DNA from: Octopus sinensis
Taxonomy: Eukaryota
Assembly (NCBI RefSeq): GCF_006345805.1
Contig: NC_043008.1
Span: 28,830,001 to 28,894,000, forward strand
Reading direction: 5' to 3'
Length of the DNA: 64,000 nucleotides
Both the position numbers and the translations under genes were made by a program. Each line of letters opens with the position of its first letter. Position 1 is the first letter of the stretch. Positions 1 through 13,916 of the stretch are shown piece after piece. Under the pieces are notes generated by a model. The model searched no databases, had not been told where the DNA came from, and saw only the letters and a program-made list of their open reading frames with translations.

Positions 1-63
1 CATATATATATATATATATTTACATGCATACCTACATAAAATATATATACATACACACACAAA

Positions 64-123
<60 letters not shown>

Positions 124-2011
124 TGAATGGTGCGTGTAACGTGTGCCTCAGTGATCGTCGTGCGTGCGTAAATGACCTGAATGCGCTCTATGAATGTTTA
201 TGTGTGTGTGTGTATTATGTCATATGTAAAGAAGCATATGTTTGTTTTGGAAGCGATGAAATGTATCATAGTACAAGTAGAAACCTATATTTTTCAACGG
301 CAAGTACTGATATAACAGCATATATAGGATAACATCCTACAGAGCAGAAAACTCCTGTCAGCAATCAGCCACGAAACTAGAACTCACATCTCTTTAGTTT
401 TTGGTCAAAATGTTTTACTATTCAAGCTAGCGTTCCTATATGAGTTTATAAATTCTAAATTGTAGATGAATTTGTCAGCACAGCAGTGTAGCCTAAATGG
501 CAATGCACTTTAACCGGAAAATAAAACGTTGTTATTCCGAGCCTCATAGCTCGTTGCTTACAGGATTTTATCCTTACATATGCTATTCTACTAGTACTTA
601 CGCGTTGAAAAAATATATCTTTCTACTTATATATACATATATATACATTGAGAAAAGTGAGGCAGTCAGAATTTTAGATAATGCTTTATTAGCGCTTTCG
701 TTTGTGTTCGTTTAACAGAAGAGAAAATTTAAACCCAAAAGGATAAAAAACGAAACGCTTCCTCGTTTCTTAAATTGATCCGATGCTCTCTGTTTTGCTT
801 AGAAGAGGAAACAATTATTTTGAGTATTTTGGCGTGAAAGGGCGAAAGAGAAAATGAGGAGAGCAGGACAAAGAGGGAGAAATGATAGACAGTGAGAGAG
901 AGAGAGAGATAGAGTGAGAAAGAAACAGAGAGATATATATTCCATTATATTGTTTGTTTAGAAGTGAAGACATATTTTTCCTTGGAGAAAACAAAAATAG
1001 GAAGCAGGATAATCGAGAAAAGGGGCAGGACAAACAGAGAGAGAAACAGACAGACAGGCACACAGAGGTTTCCTTTCAATCTGATGTGATCAACCCACAG
1101 ACATTTCATTACTAAGCATTTTTTCTGTAATTATATGTAATTATACAGAATATGGGGTTTGGCTCTACAGTTGTAAACAAATGTACATTTTCATTGAACT
1201 TTGAACTCTTATTTTCATACATTATTCTGGTGACATGCCCACTTATGTATCAAAACATTTTTCTTCTTCCTCTCTTGTCTTATCCTTCCCATGCTACTTC
1301 CTAAGATTGACATCTTGGAAAGTCATTTAGCCACTACCTCCTACTATGAGAAAATGTGTATTATTTTGCTTTTTCAGCCACTTGATTGCAGCTATGCGGG
1401 AGCACCGCCTTGTATATTTACAAATATCGTGATAGGTATGCAATGGAAAGTGGAGGAAAAAACAAGAAAAATATTTCTAATGAAATTTTAATGAGTTCAT
1501 CACAGCAACTTGTACAGTACCTACCCCCCACACTCTCTCTGTCTATACTTCCTCTTTTTTGCTTTATTTCCTCTTTCTCGATTTTCCTGCTTTCTATTTT
1601 CTTCTTCCTCTCTTTTCTCCAAAAGAACAAAATTTAATCACCTTCTAAACAAACAATATATCTCAAAAGAAACTTTCTCTCTCTCTCTCTGTATCTTTTC
1701 CCCCCTCTTTGCTTTTCTTTCTTCATTGTTCTGCAGCTTATCTATTTTCTTTCTTTAAAAAAACATAAATATATATATACAGGTTTGAAGGTGTATATGT
1801 GCATTTGCCCGTCATTAATGTCCTTTTTATCTCCAAGTCTGATGTTTTACGTTCGTTAGTGCGTACCTATAAACAGACTAGACTCATTGATAGATTCCCT
1901 GCCCCACAATCATATATGTGTCGGATGGGGTCGATGTGCATGCATCAGCACACACACAGACAGATAGACACACACACACACAAACACAGGTATATATATG
2001 CACGCGCACAA

Positions 2012-2052
<41 letters not shown>

Positions 2053-2539
2053 AAATTAATGTTTAGAAAACTATGTATTGCCCGTGACAATTATAGTACC
2101 ATTAATGGCAGGAGTAATAAATATTATTTGAAAACGATATTGAATAAAATTACGATCGTGATCTCCTAGTTTCTTTGTGTTTTTCGTTAGTCGATAGATA
2201 ACATGACTGTATTAACCTGATGCTCATTAATTTAGAACAATGAAAAGGTAAGGATCTAACAATGCAAATGGCGACACTCTATTACGATCAACTTTCAAAT
2301 ATATACATATGTGAAAAATGACTGTCTACAGACACATATATATGCATATGCATATATGTACATGCATATATGCTTATATGCATTTCTATATACAAGCATA
2401 CAAGGGTAGTCTGAGGATAGAACTGTGAAATCTAGCAGACACTAATTTACAGTTTTCTTATTAATAACGGCATTGATGTTTTCGCCATAATTTTAAAACT
2501 TGACTGTTCAAAAATACTCCAGATATAACTTGAATCGAA

Positions 2540-3472
2540 TTCTCTTTGAAACAGCTTGCATCATACTATTATCAATTAATTGTAGAAAAAGGCTCCAGTT
2601 GACGTGGTTCCTACATTAAGTGTATGACGCTCCAATCCTCTCAACAGTGTAAAAGCGGACAACTAAATTTTGGAAGGAAAGCGAAAGTCTTATAATTGGC
2701 GAAAAGACGAGAGAAGTGTTGATTGTGTTCCCCACATGATGATGGATAACAGGTGATTCAAATGGCCAACTGTATCACATGAGAGTTGAGAATATTCTGC
2801 ATATTGATTGGAATGATGAAAATTACTGTTGGATGAGTGGTAGTCTTCTGACACCTGATCAAAAGGAGATCAGGCTGATTATACCACGGGAAAATATGAC
2901 ATTGCTTATTGCAGATGTACCTGGCTTCATTGAGATGTTCCCAAACTAGGATATGTGTTGGATCCATGACTTTGAGCCAGAGATAAAAAGATGATCCATG
3001 CAGTCTAAATACCCCTCCTTACCGATATGAAGGTGTCGCAGTATCAATGGTGAGTACTATGTCAACTTGCTAATGCACTTACAAAATGCTATCAAGAAAA
3101 AATGCACAGAAAGACTGACGAAAGGTGTCTTGTTTTGTCGGTACTTTGCTACACCATACAAATACTGGTTTTCAAAGGCTGCTGTGCCTGAGTGTGTCTT
3201 TGAACTGATTGATCACCGTCGCTATTCTTCTGGTTTGTCCTCATGTGACTATCATCTCTGATACGAAAAGCAATTGCCTGAGAACCAGTATTGGAGTGAT
3301 TATCATATCTGCAGTTGAGTTCTTCTACCCACACGAATGCGATCCAAGGAATGCAACACCGATGCAATGAATGGGGACACGACAAGAATCACTATGTTGA
3401 AAAATAAATTTCATTTGGTTACATTCCATAACAGTATCATTGTCAGCCTATGAACTTTTAAGACGACGGTCG
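2540..3472 (+). mobile_element. Decayed mariner (irritans-like) DNA transposon, most of transposase plus 3' TIR remnant
   Basis: Manual translation gives mariner-like stretches despite stops/frameshifts: RVENILH, LLTPDQKEIRLI..RENMTL, CWIHDFEPEIKR*SMQ, AIKKKCTERLTKGVLF, DHRRYSSGLSSCDYHL (YSPDLAPSDYHL-like). Ends with GTCAGCCTATGAACTTTTAAGACGACGGTCG, resembling a mariner TIR. 5' boundary uncertain (possibly ~2399). Confidence 0.7.
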
Positions 3473-3519
3473 AACGCGCACACACACTCATACAGACATA
3501 TGAATATATATATATAATA

Positions 3520-3563
<44 letters not shown>

Positions 3564-3599
3564 ATATATATATATTATATATAAATAAATATATATATT

Positions 3600-3637
<38 letters not shown>

Positions 3638-3731
3638 TTTTTCTTGTTTCAGCTCAGAGCTGACACACACACACACATATATATATATATAACATACACA
3701 CACATATATTATATATATAATATATATATAT

Positions 3732-3763
<32 letters not shown>

Positions 3764-3880
3764 ATATAATTTTCTAAACGCTAATGTGAGAATTGTAAAA
3801 GAAGAAATGTGGCTAAATCGCAATTTTACAGCCTAAAATCAGAAATACAGACGTCACTATAATATTTATATATACACAAG

Positions 3881-3957
<77 letters not shown>

Positions 3958-4567
3958 AACGCACGCACACATATATATGTATCCACACACATCTGTCCCT
4001 CTGTGCATACTCACACGCACACACATATGTATATTAGAAAAGTAGGTAGTTTTAAAATCTCTAAGGGATGCAAGTCGTAAATCTACTGAAAAGAAATGCT
4101 TGTTCTCACTTGAACATGGTTGTTCCAGGTATTGTGTCATCAATCAGCTGGAGGAGGTGTCTTCTCGGAGTTAAAAAATAGCAGTAACAACGTTTTGTAC
4201 GGTACAGCCATGTTGAAATGGCAACAATCATTATTTTACGGCAGAATTACTACTTGCATCCCTTGCATCTAAAGATTTTAGAGTTAGCTACTTTGTTTCT
4301 TGCAAGATGAATATCGCTTATTCATTTATATATGCAAAACTGGGACGAATGACTACCATGTCTAGCAGACAGGAGTCCAGTACTGAGGAAAGGTAAGAGC
4401 CTGAAGCCAGTTCTGGTCTACTCGTCCTGTCACCATTGGATTGGAGGCATTCGCTACCTTGCGCGGAATATTTACCGGATATTGGTACTGTGTCGTTAAG
4501 CAGCTGGAGTTGGTGTACCCCTGGATTAAAAAAGATAAGTAACATTGTTTTGTACGGAAGAGCCATG

Positions 4568-4828
4568 GTGTGTGTGTGTCTGTGTGTGTCTGTGTCTGTG
4601 TATCTTTGTGTGTGCCTTTGTTTGTCTTCCCATCACCACTTGACAACCGGCGTTGATGTGTTTAAGACCCCGTGACCTGGCGGTTCCGCAAAAGTGACCG
4701 ATAGAATAAATACTAAGCTAAGAAGGAATAACTCCTAGGTGCGACTTGCTCGACAAAATCACCTTAAGGTATTGCACCAGCATGACCGCAGTCAAAGGAG
4801 AAATACTAATAAAAGAATCAAATAAAAA
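4568..4828 (+). mobile_element. SINE family A, 3' half (degenerate)
   Basis: (TG)n followed by CACTTGACAACCGG...GGCGGTTCCGCAAAAGTGACCGATAGAATAAATACT...CAGCATGACCGCAGTCAAA, homologous to the complete copy at 46478-46913. Confidence 0.75.
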
Positions 4829-4861
4829 ATGTTTAAATACATACACACACATATGCATATA

Positions 4862-5065
4862 TATTATTTTAGTTGTTTCAGTCATTTGACTGCGGCCATG
4901 CTAGAACATCGCCTTTTGTCGAACGCATCGATGCCAGGACTTATTCTGTCTCAGTCTAGTACTTATTCTATCGTTGTATTTTGCCGAAACGCTACGTTAC
5001 AGGTGGATAAAAACACCACCAGAGGTTGTGAAGCGATCGTGGGGGACAAACAAAGGCACACAATT
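4862..5065 (-). mobile_element. SINE family A, 3' half, inverted relative to the 4568-4828 copy
   Basis: TTTCAGTCATTTGACTGCGGCCATGCTAGAACATCGCC...AGTACTTATTCTATCG...TTGCCGAAACGCTACGTTAC is the reverse complement of the family A 3' region. Confidence 0.8.
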
Positions 5066-5101
5066 ACATACATACACAGTGAGATACACACACAACCATA
5101 T

Positions 5102-5178
<77 letters not shown>

Positions 5179-5189
5179 TAAACAGTAAA

Positions 5190-5350
5190 ATAATTACAGA
5201 CATGGACAAGAACATGAAACACCACGGAGACGACACAAGAACCACAGGTCGGGACATTCGAAGCCCTCAGTCATCAGTCAAGAACCAGATCATCTTAGCA
5301 ATTTCGGCTGATTAATCTTGAGATTGCTCAAAGCATCCATTTCCAAGTAA
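5190..5350 (-). repeat. Dispersed repeat next to (TA)n, homologous to 8080-8215
   Basis: Reverse complement reads CTCAAGATTAATCAGCCGAAATTGCTAAGATGATCTGGTTCTTGACTGA, matching CTCAAGACTAATCAGCCGAAATTACGAGGATGATCCGGTTCTTGACTGA at ~8107-8155. Confidence 0.65.
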
Positions 5351-6028
5351 GTGTATCATTTTGATGCAAATCTACTCTCTACTGTTCTCTTCCCCTATCG
5401 TTTTCTGTCACATCTTTCCTCTAATTCCTTTTTGTTCCCCTCCACCTTTATCTATATTCCTCTCTCTCTCCCTCTTTCTCATTTACTCTCTCGTTGCTCA
5501 CGCGTGATTATCAGTCATCTTTCTTCACATCATGGGACCATCTTCCTTTTCTTTCAGGCTTGTCCTAGAGCCTGAACGTATGCCATCTATCCCTCTATTT
5601 TATATTTTTTCTTTTCAACAAAAACATTTCTCCAACGTTCGCTATGTTACCCCTGTTCTGGTCTAATGATCCTCCACGTTTGTCTACGCTCTGTTACTTT
5701 GTCAGTCTCCACCGTCCTATTTTGTTCCCAACTTTGAGCCTCCATAAATCCTAAATTTTATTTTGATATTTCTCGGAGCAACTGCCTTCCGAGACTCATA
5801 TTGTCGTTCAGTGCTCGAAATGAGGCGTAGATAGACAGCCGACAACTGATGAAAGGACGTTCTTTATGTTAGTTTTCCAGTTTTACATTTGTCTCTATCG
5901 TTGCTTGCGTACTCATCTCAACTGTTTTGGTATTTTATGTTGTTTATTGTTTGTGGCGTCCTTATATATATATATATATTATATATTATATATATATATA
6001 TTATTATATATATATTATATAATATATA

Positions 6029-6064
<36 letters not shown>

Positions 6065-6689
6065 GAAAGTAATTTTGCTACATTTCTTGAGAACATCCTT
6101 TCCTAGTTCTAAGACTATAGGGGGTCTACTTCTAGCATAATGGATGTCCACTTATTGGTCATCCCCCTTATAGTTATGTAATATATATATACTAAATTAA
6201 TGGCTTGTACTAGCATTGTGTATGTTAATTAATTTTAAAATATTGAATAATTTAAGTATTGTTTCTATTTTTCAATTAATGTATATTTAGTATGTTATAT
6301 ATATATTTTAAAGCATATTTATTAATTAATTATTTTATTATTCTAGTATATTTTTGACATCATGAGTGGCTATATTTATGTCAAAGTGATTTTACTACTA
6401 CTATTAATTTTTTACTATCATCATTTCTTCAATATACCCACGAAACACTTGTCGTTATTCTACCAAATATATACGTTTTTATTATTATTTTGCACTTTAT
6501 TTAATCATCGTTATATCGTTGTTATTTTAATTTTAATATTTCTATTATATGTAATTTTCTTGATGGTGTAATTTAATTGTCCATTTTGAATTGATAAAAG
6601 GTGTTTTTTCTAATTAATATAATATATATATATATATTATATTTTGTGAAATTTGATTTAGTATTTCTAAATTGAATTTTTCCCTGTAA

Positions 6690-6980
<291 letters not shown>

Positions 6981-8079
6981 AATTTAATAAAAAATAAATT
7001 TTAGAAGTAACCCGTGAAACTTCAGTATCCAAAATCTATGTCGTGTAACCTATGTCGCCTGCAGACCACATTCGCCCTTTATGTCTACCAGACCTCATCC
7101 GCCTTACTGAGCCTTCGTCGCTTGATCTACGCCAAGAATTCCTAGATGCATATTGGATATATTTTAAATGATTGATACGGAAGATAGAGCGCTAATAGAA
7201 GTTTTTATTTAGCAGAACAATCGTTTCGGTTGCCTTCAGCATAGCTCCCCAACAGGTAATGACAACAGATGCATTACACAGTACAGAGAGCCTAATCAGG
7301 TGACGTAACATGCTTCAAAAATTATCCGATTTACATTTCGCTCCAAGTTAAACGATGGTGATATTATGTTGTGTTGCTAGTAGTTCACACACGTTATTGT
7401 AGTGTGGCGACTTGTAGTTCGGAAGTCGTTCATAAGCAAAACATAATAAATCTATAAGTAACACACCTTAATACCACGTCTATCGAACTTGGAATGAAAT
7501 AAAAATCTCTTAATATTTGAAGCATGTTATATCAAGCGCTGAAACTCCCTGCACTGTGTAATTCATCTGATGTAATTACAAGCGTTGCCACTCCTTTTGT
7601 ACGAATTATCAACTCTTTCTCCCCCCTCTCTCTCTCACATTCTTTGTCTTTATTACTCACTTTTCACTTCACTATGTCCCTGTCTCTGTCTTGTTTTCTC
7701 GCACTCCTTGATTCATCCGCCTATCTACTTCTACACACCCTCTCTTTTCTCCCCTCCTTAATTCTTTTGTTCCTCTTTTTCCCTCTCTTCTCTTCGCACG
7801 TGACTGATTGGCCGACTGCTAGCCCTTTTGCGTCTGACCACGGTCACTGCCACATCGATCTTCTTCCCTCTGCCGTAAGGCTTCATTTCCACACACGCCA
7901 GCTGAATTCAATTCGACCCTAGTCGAAAGACGCCTGTTGTTATGTCTTGTTATCATTATTATTGTATTTTTATTGTACTTTTGTATTTATATTCGTGTAA
8001 CATCGTATGTTATTCCGTCCTTGTTTTCGTATATATTCGATGCTTTTTCCAAGGAATCTAATGCTCCTAGCTTAGTTTT

Positions 8080-8215
8080 TCCTTGGGGATGTCCAGATAG
8101 GAGCACTCTCAAGACTAATCAGCCGAAATTACGAGGATGATCCGGTTCTTGACTGAAGATAAAAGGCTTCCAATTATCCGTCCTTGTATTTTTGTATCGT
8201 CAACCTGGATGTATA
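8080..8215 (+). repeat. Dispersed repeat next to (TA)n, homologous to 5190-5350
   Basis: Shares a ~100 bp core with the reverse complement of 5190-5350. Confidence 0.65.
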
Positions 8216-8239
8216 TATATATATACATATATATATATA

Positions 8240-8308
<69 letters not shown>

Positions 8309-8320
8309 TATATATACTTA

Positions 8321-8505
8321 GTGGTGTTTCGTCTGCCGCTACGTTCTGAGTTCATATTCCACCGATGTCAACTTTGACTTTTATCCTTTCGGGTACGATT
8401 AAATAAGCACCAGTTACGCACTGGGGTCGATATAACCGACTTAATCTTTGTCTGTCCTTGTTTGTCTCCTCTCTGTGTAGACAATTGTGGGCAGGAAAGA
8501 AATAA
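8321..8505 (+). mobile_element. SINE family B, 5'-truncated
   Basis: GTCTGCCGCTACGTTCTGAGTTCATATTCCACCGATGTCAACTTTG...ACCAGTTACGCACTGGGGTCGATATAACCGACTTAATC, same family as 42833-43065. Confidence 0.8.
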
Positions 8506-8507
8506 TT

Positions 8508-8605
8508 AGACATTTGTCCAAGGTGTCACGTACTTGGACTGAAACCGGAAGCATAATGTTGGAAAGCAAGTTTCTTTCCTTAGAGCTACGCCTGTGCGCC
8601 TGTGC
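8508..8605 (-). mobile_element. SINE family A tRNA-like head fragment
   Basis: Reverse complement (AGGCGCACAGGCGTAGCTC...GAAACTTGCTTTCCAAC...TTCCGGTTTCAGTCCAAGTACGTGACACCTTGGACAAATGTC) matches the head of the 46478 copy. Confidence 0.6.
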
Positions 8606-8638
8606 TTATATATGTATATATATATATATATATATATA

Positions 8639-8678
<40 letters not shown>

Positions 8679-11600
8679 ACATAGGTGGAAAACTTGGAGA
8701 GTGGCTTTTCATGTCACACAATGTAAAAGAATAACTTTTTCTTGAAATATTAAGTCATTATTCACTGTTGATTATCAACACTGGTCATTTACATTGCCAA
8801 ATTCCTCCTTTTATGCTTAAGCAATTCGTAAGTTTAATGTGAGAAGTAGATGAATATATTATTTTTCATACGCAATTCAATTTCGAAGTAGTTGTGGAAT
8901 GCGAATGCTATCAGCTTCTGCTTCATATGTAACTAAATATATGAGCAGGGTCTCACTTGAAAGCAATGCATAATCCTTAAATGATAAAACAAAGAAACCC
9001 TCAATTTTTACACAGTAATATATATAGTTCCCTCCAAGTCAGTGTAGAGAGTTATAAAGTTATTGTGATTACGACAATAGTTTGACAGATCGCCTTCAGG
9101 AAATTATATTTCTCTGATTTTGTGGTATATTTTATATTTAAATAATTTGGTAACATCTATAATTTCATTATTGTCTATTCAACCGATAATTGATACTCTT
9201 TCATGCTCGACAATGTTTAAATTTATTGCATTTGACTGCAAATGTTTTCATGAATTAAAATATATCATTTTTGCATTTCCAATAAGACATACGTTATATG
9301 GTTACGAAAAAAAAAGAAAAGCAGCAACTAATGTCCTTTCCGGAGTCAGCAACATTGATGCGAGGAAAGGAAAGTAGGGATTGCCTTACTGAAAAATTCC
9401 TCTTTATACTTCTAGCAGACAGAAATATGTTTGCAGTATTAATAGTGATCTTATGGTGCTATAATAAGAGACTTTGAACGCCTCCCTTCTGAAAAGGTGG
9501 TCCTTTTTGTTGCGTGCTTTGAAAAGGAACGTGGTCGCGCTATTCTTTGTAGCGATTCTGGAGTAAAGAAGTATGAAGATGTTAAAACATCTTCATATGA
9601 CGAATTATATCAAAGACAAATCTAAATTTCGTGAAATGTGTACTTGTAAATAATTTAGTTCAGAGATATAAAGATTCATTCTTGTATTATTTTTCTTATT
9701 CCTATAGAGATGCCTAAATCTTTATTGCAGATTGGGAAATCATTAGATACTTCTTGCTATCGAATAATGTAATGAAGTCAGTATAGCTTCAAGCGTGTTA
9801 GTTCTAAGTCATTGTCTGATTAATACTCTGGTGACGCGAAAATAAGTATAGAGATGTGAACACTTATATCAAATAATAAAGAGAATATATTTATATTTGC
9901 CTGTGAAGCTGGTTCAGTGTGTGTAACCAATATACATCATGGTAGAGAAACCATTAGTATATCTAATAGGCGATCTGCTTAATGAAATATTTCAGTATGA
10001 ACAAAGAAAAGAAAGTGATAATCATAAATCTGTAATATGATAAAAAGCTATTATGAAGGTTGAAAAACGACGATATTCACTATGAATTTATTGCCGTCAT
10101 ACGCCTGAAAGAAATGCACCGATATTTCTTCTTAATTTGTTACCAATTTGTAATTTCCCCTTAATGTGAATCTCATAATAAGTGAATATGACCAATAGTT
10201 TCACTGTAGACGATAAAAACGCCTTAAGATATTGTGAATGGCAGTGCGAAAGAGAAGGAGAGATAAATAGAGAGGGGGAGAAAGGATTAGGGAAGAGAAA
10301 AAGATATAATAGTCAGAGGGAGAAGGGGAGATGTCTACAATCACAAATTCCACTGTAGTTTGTGACTGTGATGGTTTTCACAACCATAGAATCGCAACTA
10401 CCACAAACCCTATCATTATCATCAACATCGAATCATCATCCCATGTCATCACATTCCTCAACATCGTTGTTGTCATCACAGTCATCATCGTCTCCGGCCG
10501 CCGTTGCATCACTATGGTTCTTGTCGACTTCTTTTCTGTTGACAAAAGTAGCACGGATTTCTATTACTTTTAATCAAGTATTTGCGCGCTTGTCGCGCTA
10601 AAATTATTAAACCAATCTTCTTTAAATTACACGATAACGACCAATAATATCATTTACATGAAGAAGAGGAACGAATTTAATGTTTAGACAACAAAACATC
10701 TGTTTACATGCACCAATTGAAGCGTATATTTTGAATGAAGCTTAGTGATGATAATTTAGAATTAATGATACAGCTCCCTCCTCAATAATTATGGAATAAA
10801 TTTGCGTACATGGATCCCATTTTGTTGATTTAGTCCAATTTTCTAAGTATTAGCGCGACAAAAATTGATATGTCACACAAAACAGTAATTGAGAACACTT
10901 CCATAGCCTCATGTATAAATTAGTTACTTATGTGATATTTTGTTAATACCTATGTTTAGCTATATATCTCAGGACCTACACATTCATATGTCACAGAGGG
11001 ACATATATACACATATGCGTATGTGTATACATGTGCATAAAACTGACAAAATTCCTTCATATTTGTTTGTACTATTCGGTGTTAAAAAAGTAATTATTAC
11101 TATCCTGTTACGTTACCTTGTTAACAAAAATATGACTTACAGAACAATGAATCTATATGAAAAGTGCAGCTACTTGAAACTTTGCAACAGACGTAGACTG
11201 TGTAGAAGTATGTGTGTACGTGTGTGTGTACACATATATATGACAAACACAGTCATATAGCTATATACTGTTTGTATGTATGAGTATATATATATATATA
11301 TATATACATATGTATATATATATATACATAAATACATACATACATATAAATATATATATATAGGTGTGCATGTATATATGTGTATGTGTGTTTGTTTGCA
11401 TGTTTGTGTGTAAATATATACATACATACACACACACATATATATACATATATATATGTATATATGTATTGATACATACTGACAGAGAAAGTGTGGGAGA
11501 TACAAACTAACTAATTGTAAGTAAGTTTTGAACAGAATAGAAAATTAGCGTTAGTGAAAACTATAAAGGAATATATTCATGTTGAATGACATAATTGCTT

Positions 11601-11934
11601 ATTAGTCACCCTATCCTGCAATGATTTTATAATGAAAATTGATTCTTCAAAAGAAACATTTTGATTCATATCAAAATTGTAATTCGAAATATATTATCAG
11701 TGTTTGTTATCACTACAATCATTGTTATTTCTACATTCATTTCCCATTGGTTTCAAATTTATCATTACCTATGTTGGAGAGGAGTGTTAACTAGCTCATC
11801 TTTAGTCACCATTATCTACATATTTATTGTTGCAAGTTTTGAATTCTTAAATTCCTACTGTATCCATTATTTTCTCATCTTCAATTATGTATGTATATAT
11901 TATGCATATATGTACGTATGCATATGTGTGTGTA

Positions 11935-11998
<64 letters not shown>

Positions 11999-13589
11999 CA
12001 CATACATACGTACATATATATAAACACTCGCATACAAACATACGGAAAGAAGTGTAGTTATATGCTTAAAAGCAATCGATCAGTAAGGGATATTTTATAG
12101 CATTCCCTTATAGAGACCTAATATAAATCTCTTTAACTCTGTAACGGAATGCAATAAAGCATTTGCTAGGTGATGCATTGCCCTTAGACCGCCAAACGCA
12201 CTTTGGCATCAAGTGGTAATTTCCAAATAACTACAGCTGTTGGAATCAATTTTTATACTTATCGTAATTTTATCATACATATTGTCTGTATACACTATTG
12301 AATGCAATGGTAGATAAACCACCTTATTGAAATCTAACTGGATAATGATTTTCTCTGTGAATCTCTGAATTATACTGTTGCAATTGTATATCTATCTGCA
12401 TATCTCCTTGTATGAATATGTACATACATGCACGCGCGTTACATATCGAAAAAATTTGCTTTTAATATATTAATTTACAGTCATTACATTCCAATTAAAA
12501 CCACATTAGGTCATCCCATGTAAGAGGAGCAGAGGCCATAACCCTAGTTAGCTGTTGTCAGAAATATTTCGTTTTTCTTTTGACAGGGCTTATGGGTATC
12601 ATTCGTTCATCCTAACCATATGTTGAGACACAAAATTTTGGCAAGTTACTTCTGAAATGCGTCGACTCATATTATGTTTTTAAACGTAAGGGAAGATCTA
12701 CATATTATTTTGTTCTAGATATAATACATAAATTGATATACTCAAATTGTAGGTCTCTTCAGAGAGTTTTGTCCATGAAATCAATTATATGCCTTTAGAT
12801 TACGATGCCTTTAGCCTACGAAAATCCTAAGCTGTTCGTTACAATATTCTTATTGAAATACTTTTCGTATATTTCAAACCAATCGGAAATATGTGGTGAA
12901 TTTATCACAACTTCCTCATTCTGAAACTAAAGCTTGGTTTACAAATTAACAAGTTTTCATTTAGATCAATTTTCTATATAATGTTTGTCTAAGAACCAAT
13001 GGCAAACAATTTGCTTTCAGCACGAGACTGCGCATCAGCAAGAGTTTCAAGTACAAAATGGAGGGTAGCTAGAATTGTAGAATTGCTTTCGGAGCTCGTT
13101 CATAGATTGTTGTTGTTACGAAGCAGACAACTTGCTAAGAGACGATATATCCTATAAGAAAGACAACCGTTAAGGTACATATAGTTTTACGGAAATAGTA
13201 TTTAGGGTAGATTAGGCGAAAGAGATTTAATGTGAGGCATCAATTCATCGGTCATTATGGTTCCAATATATTGGAAGCATGGGAAGTGAATATAAGGGAA
13301 AGCGATTTCTTGAAACTGCAGTCTTTCTAGAAAATGGTACATATTATAGCAAGATTCTAACGCAAAGAAAATACTTGGAAAAACCTAGAGATTGAGAGAT
13401 TTTAGTGGCTACGTCGCTACATAAGTGGTACAATAATCCACACAAGCATACACATATATACGCATGCGATGTATGAAAGACGTATTTATGTATACACACA
13501 CATACAACACTTTTATATATATATATATATATATAAGTATATATATATATATATATGTGTGTGTATATATATGTATATATATATACATA

Positions 13590-13800
13590 CCGGAGTAAAC
13601 ACATAAATGTGAAACAAGGTGGAAAAAAGAGTACTCAAATACCAGTGGTAGAGTAATATGCTTTATTTAAAGCAGCAGAAAATTCAACAAAATCTGTTAC
13701 TCTGAGTTTCTCGTTGCTAGCAAAACTGTCTGATGAACGGCAACGAGAAATACAGGGTAACAGATTGTGTTGAAGTTTCTGCTGCTTTAATAAAGTATAT
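13590..13800. mobile_element. Penelope-like end fragment with inverted arms (13656-13717 / 13740-13800) and a hammerhead-like motif, embedded in (TA)n
   Basis: ~60 bp imperfect inverted arms. Plus strand: AAAACTGT-CTGATGA(13730)-ACGGCAACGA-GAAA-TACAGGG-TA-ACAG. The minus strand of the left arm has GAAACTCAGAG-TA-ACAGATTTT but no CTGATGA. Confidence 0.6.
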
Positions 13801-13860
13801 ATATACATATATATACGCACACATATATATATATACTTATATATGTACATATATATATAT

Positions 13861-13916
<56 letters not shown>

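Noticed and set aside
5846-5870. CTGATGA as a hammerhead core (TTGTCG/CGACAA could form stem I)
   Set aside because: No GAAA follows the putative stem II in this copy.
9572-9597. 12 bp perfect palindromic stem TATGAAGATGTT-AA-AACATCTTCATA
   Set aside because: Isolated short fold-back without supporting context.
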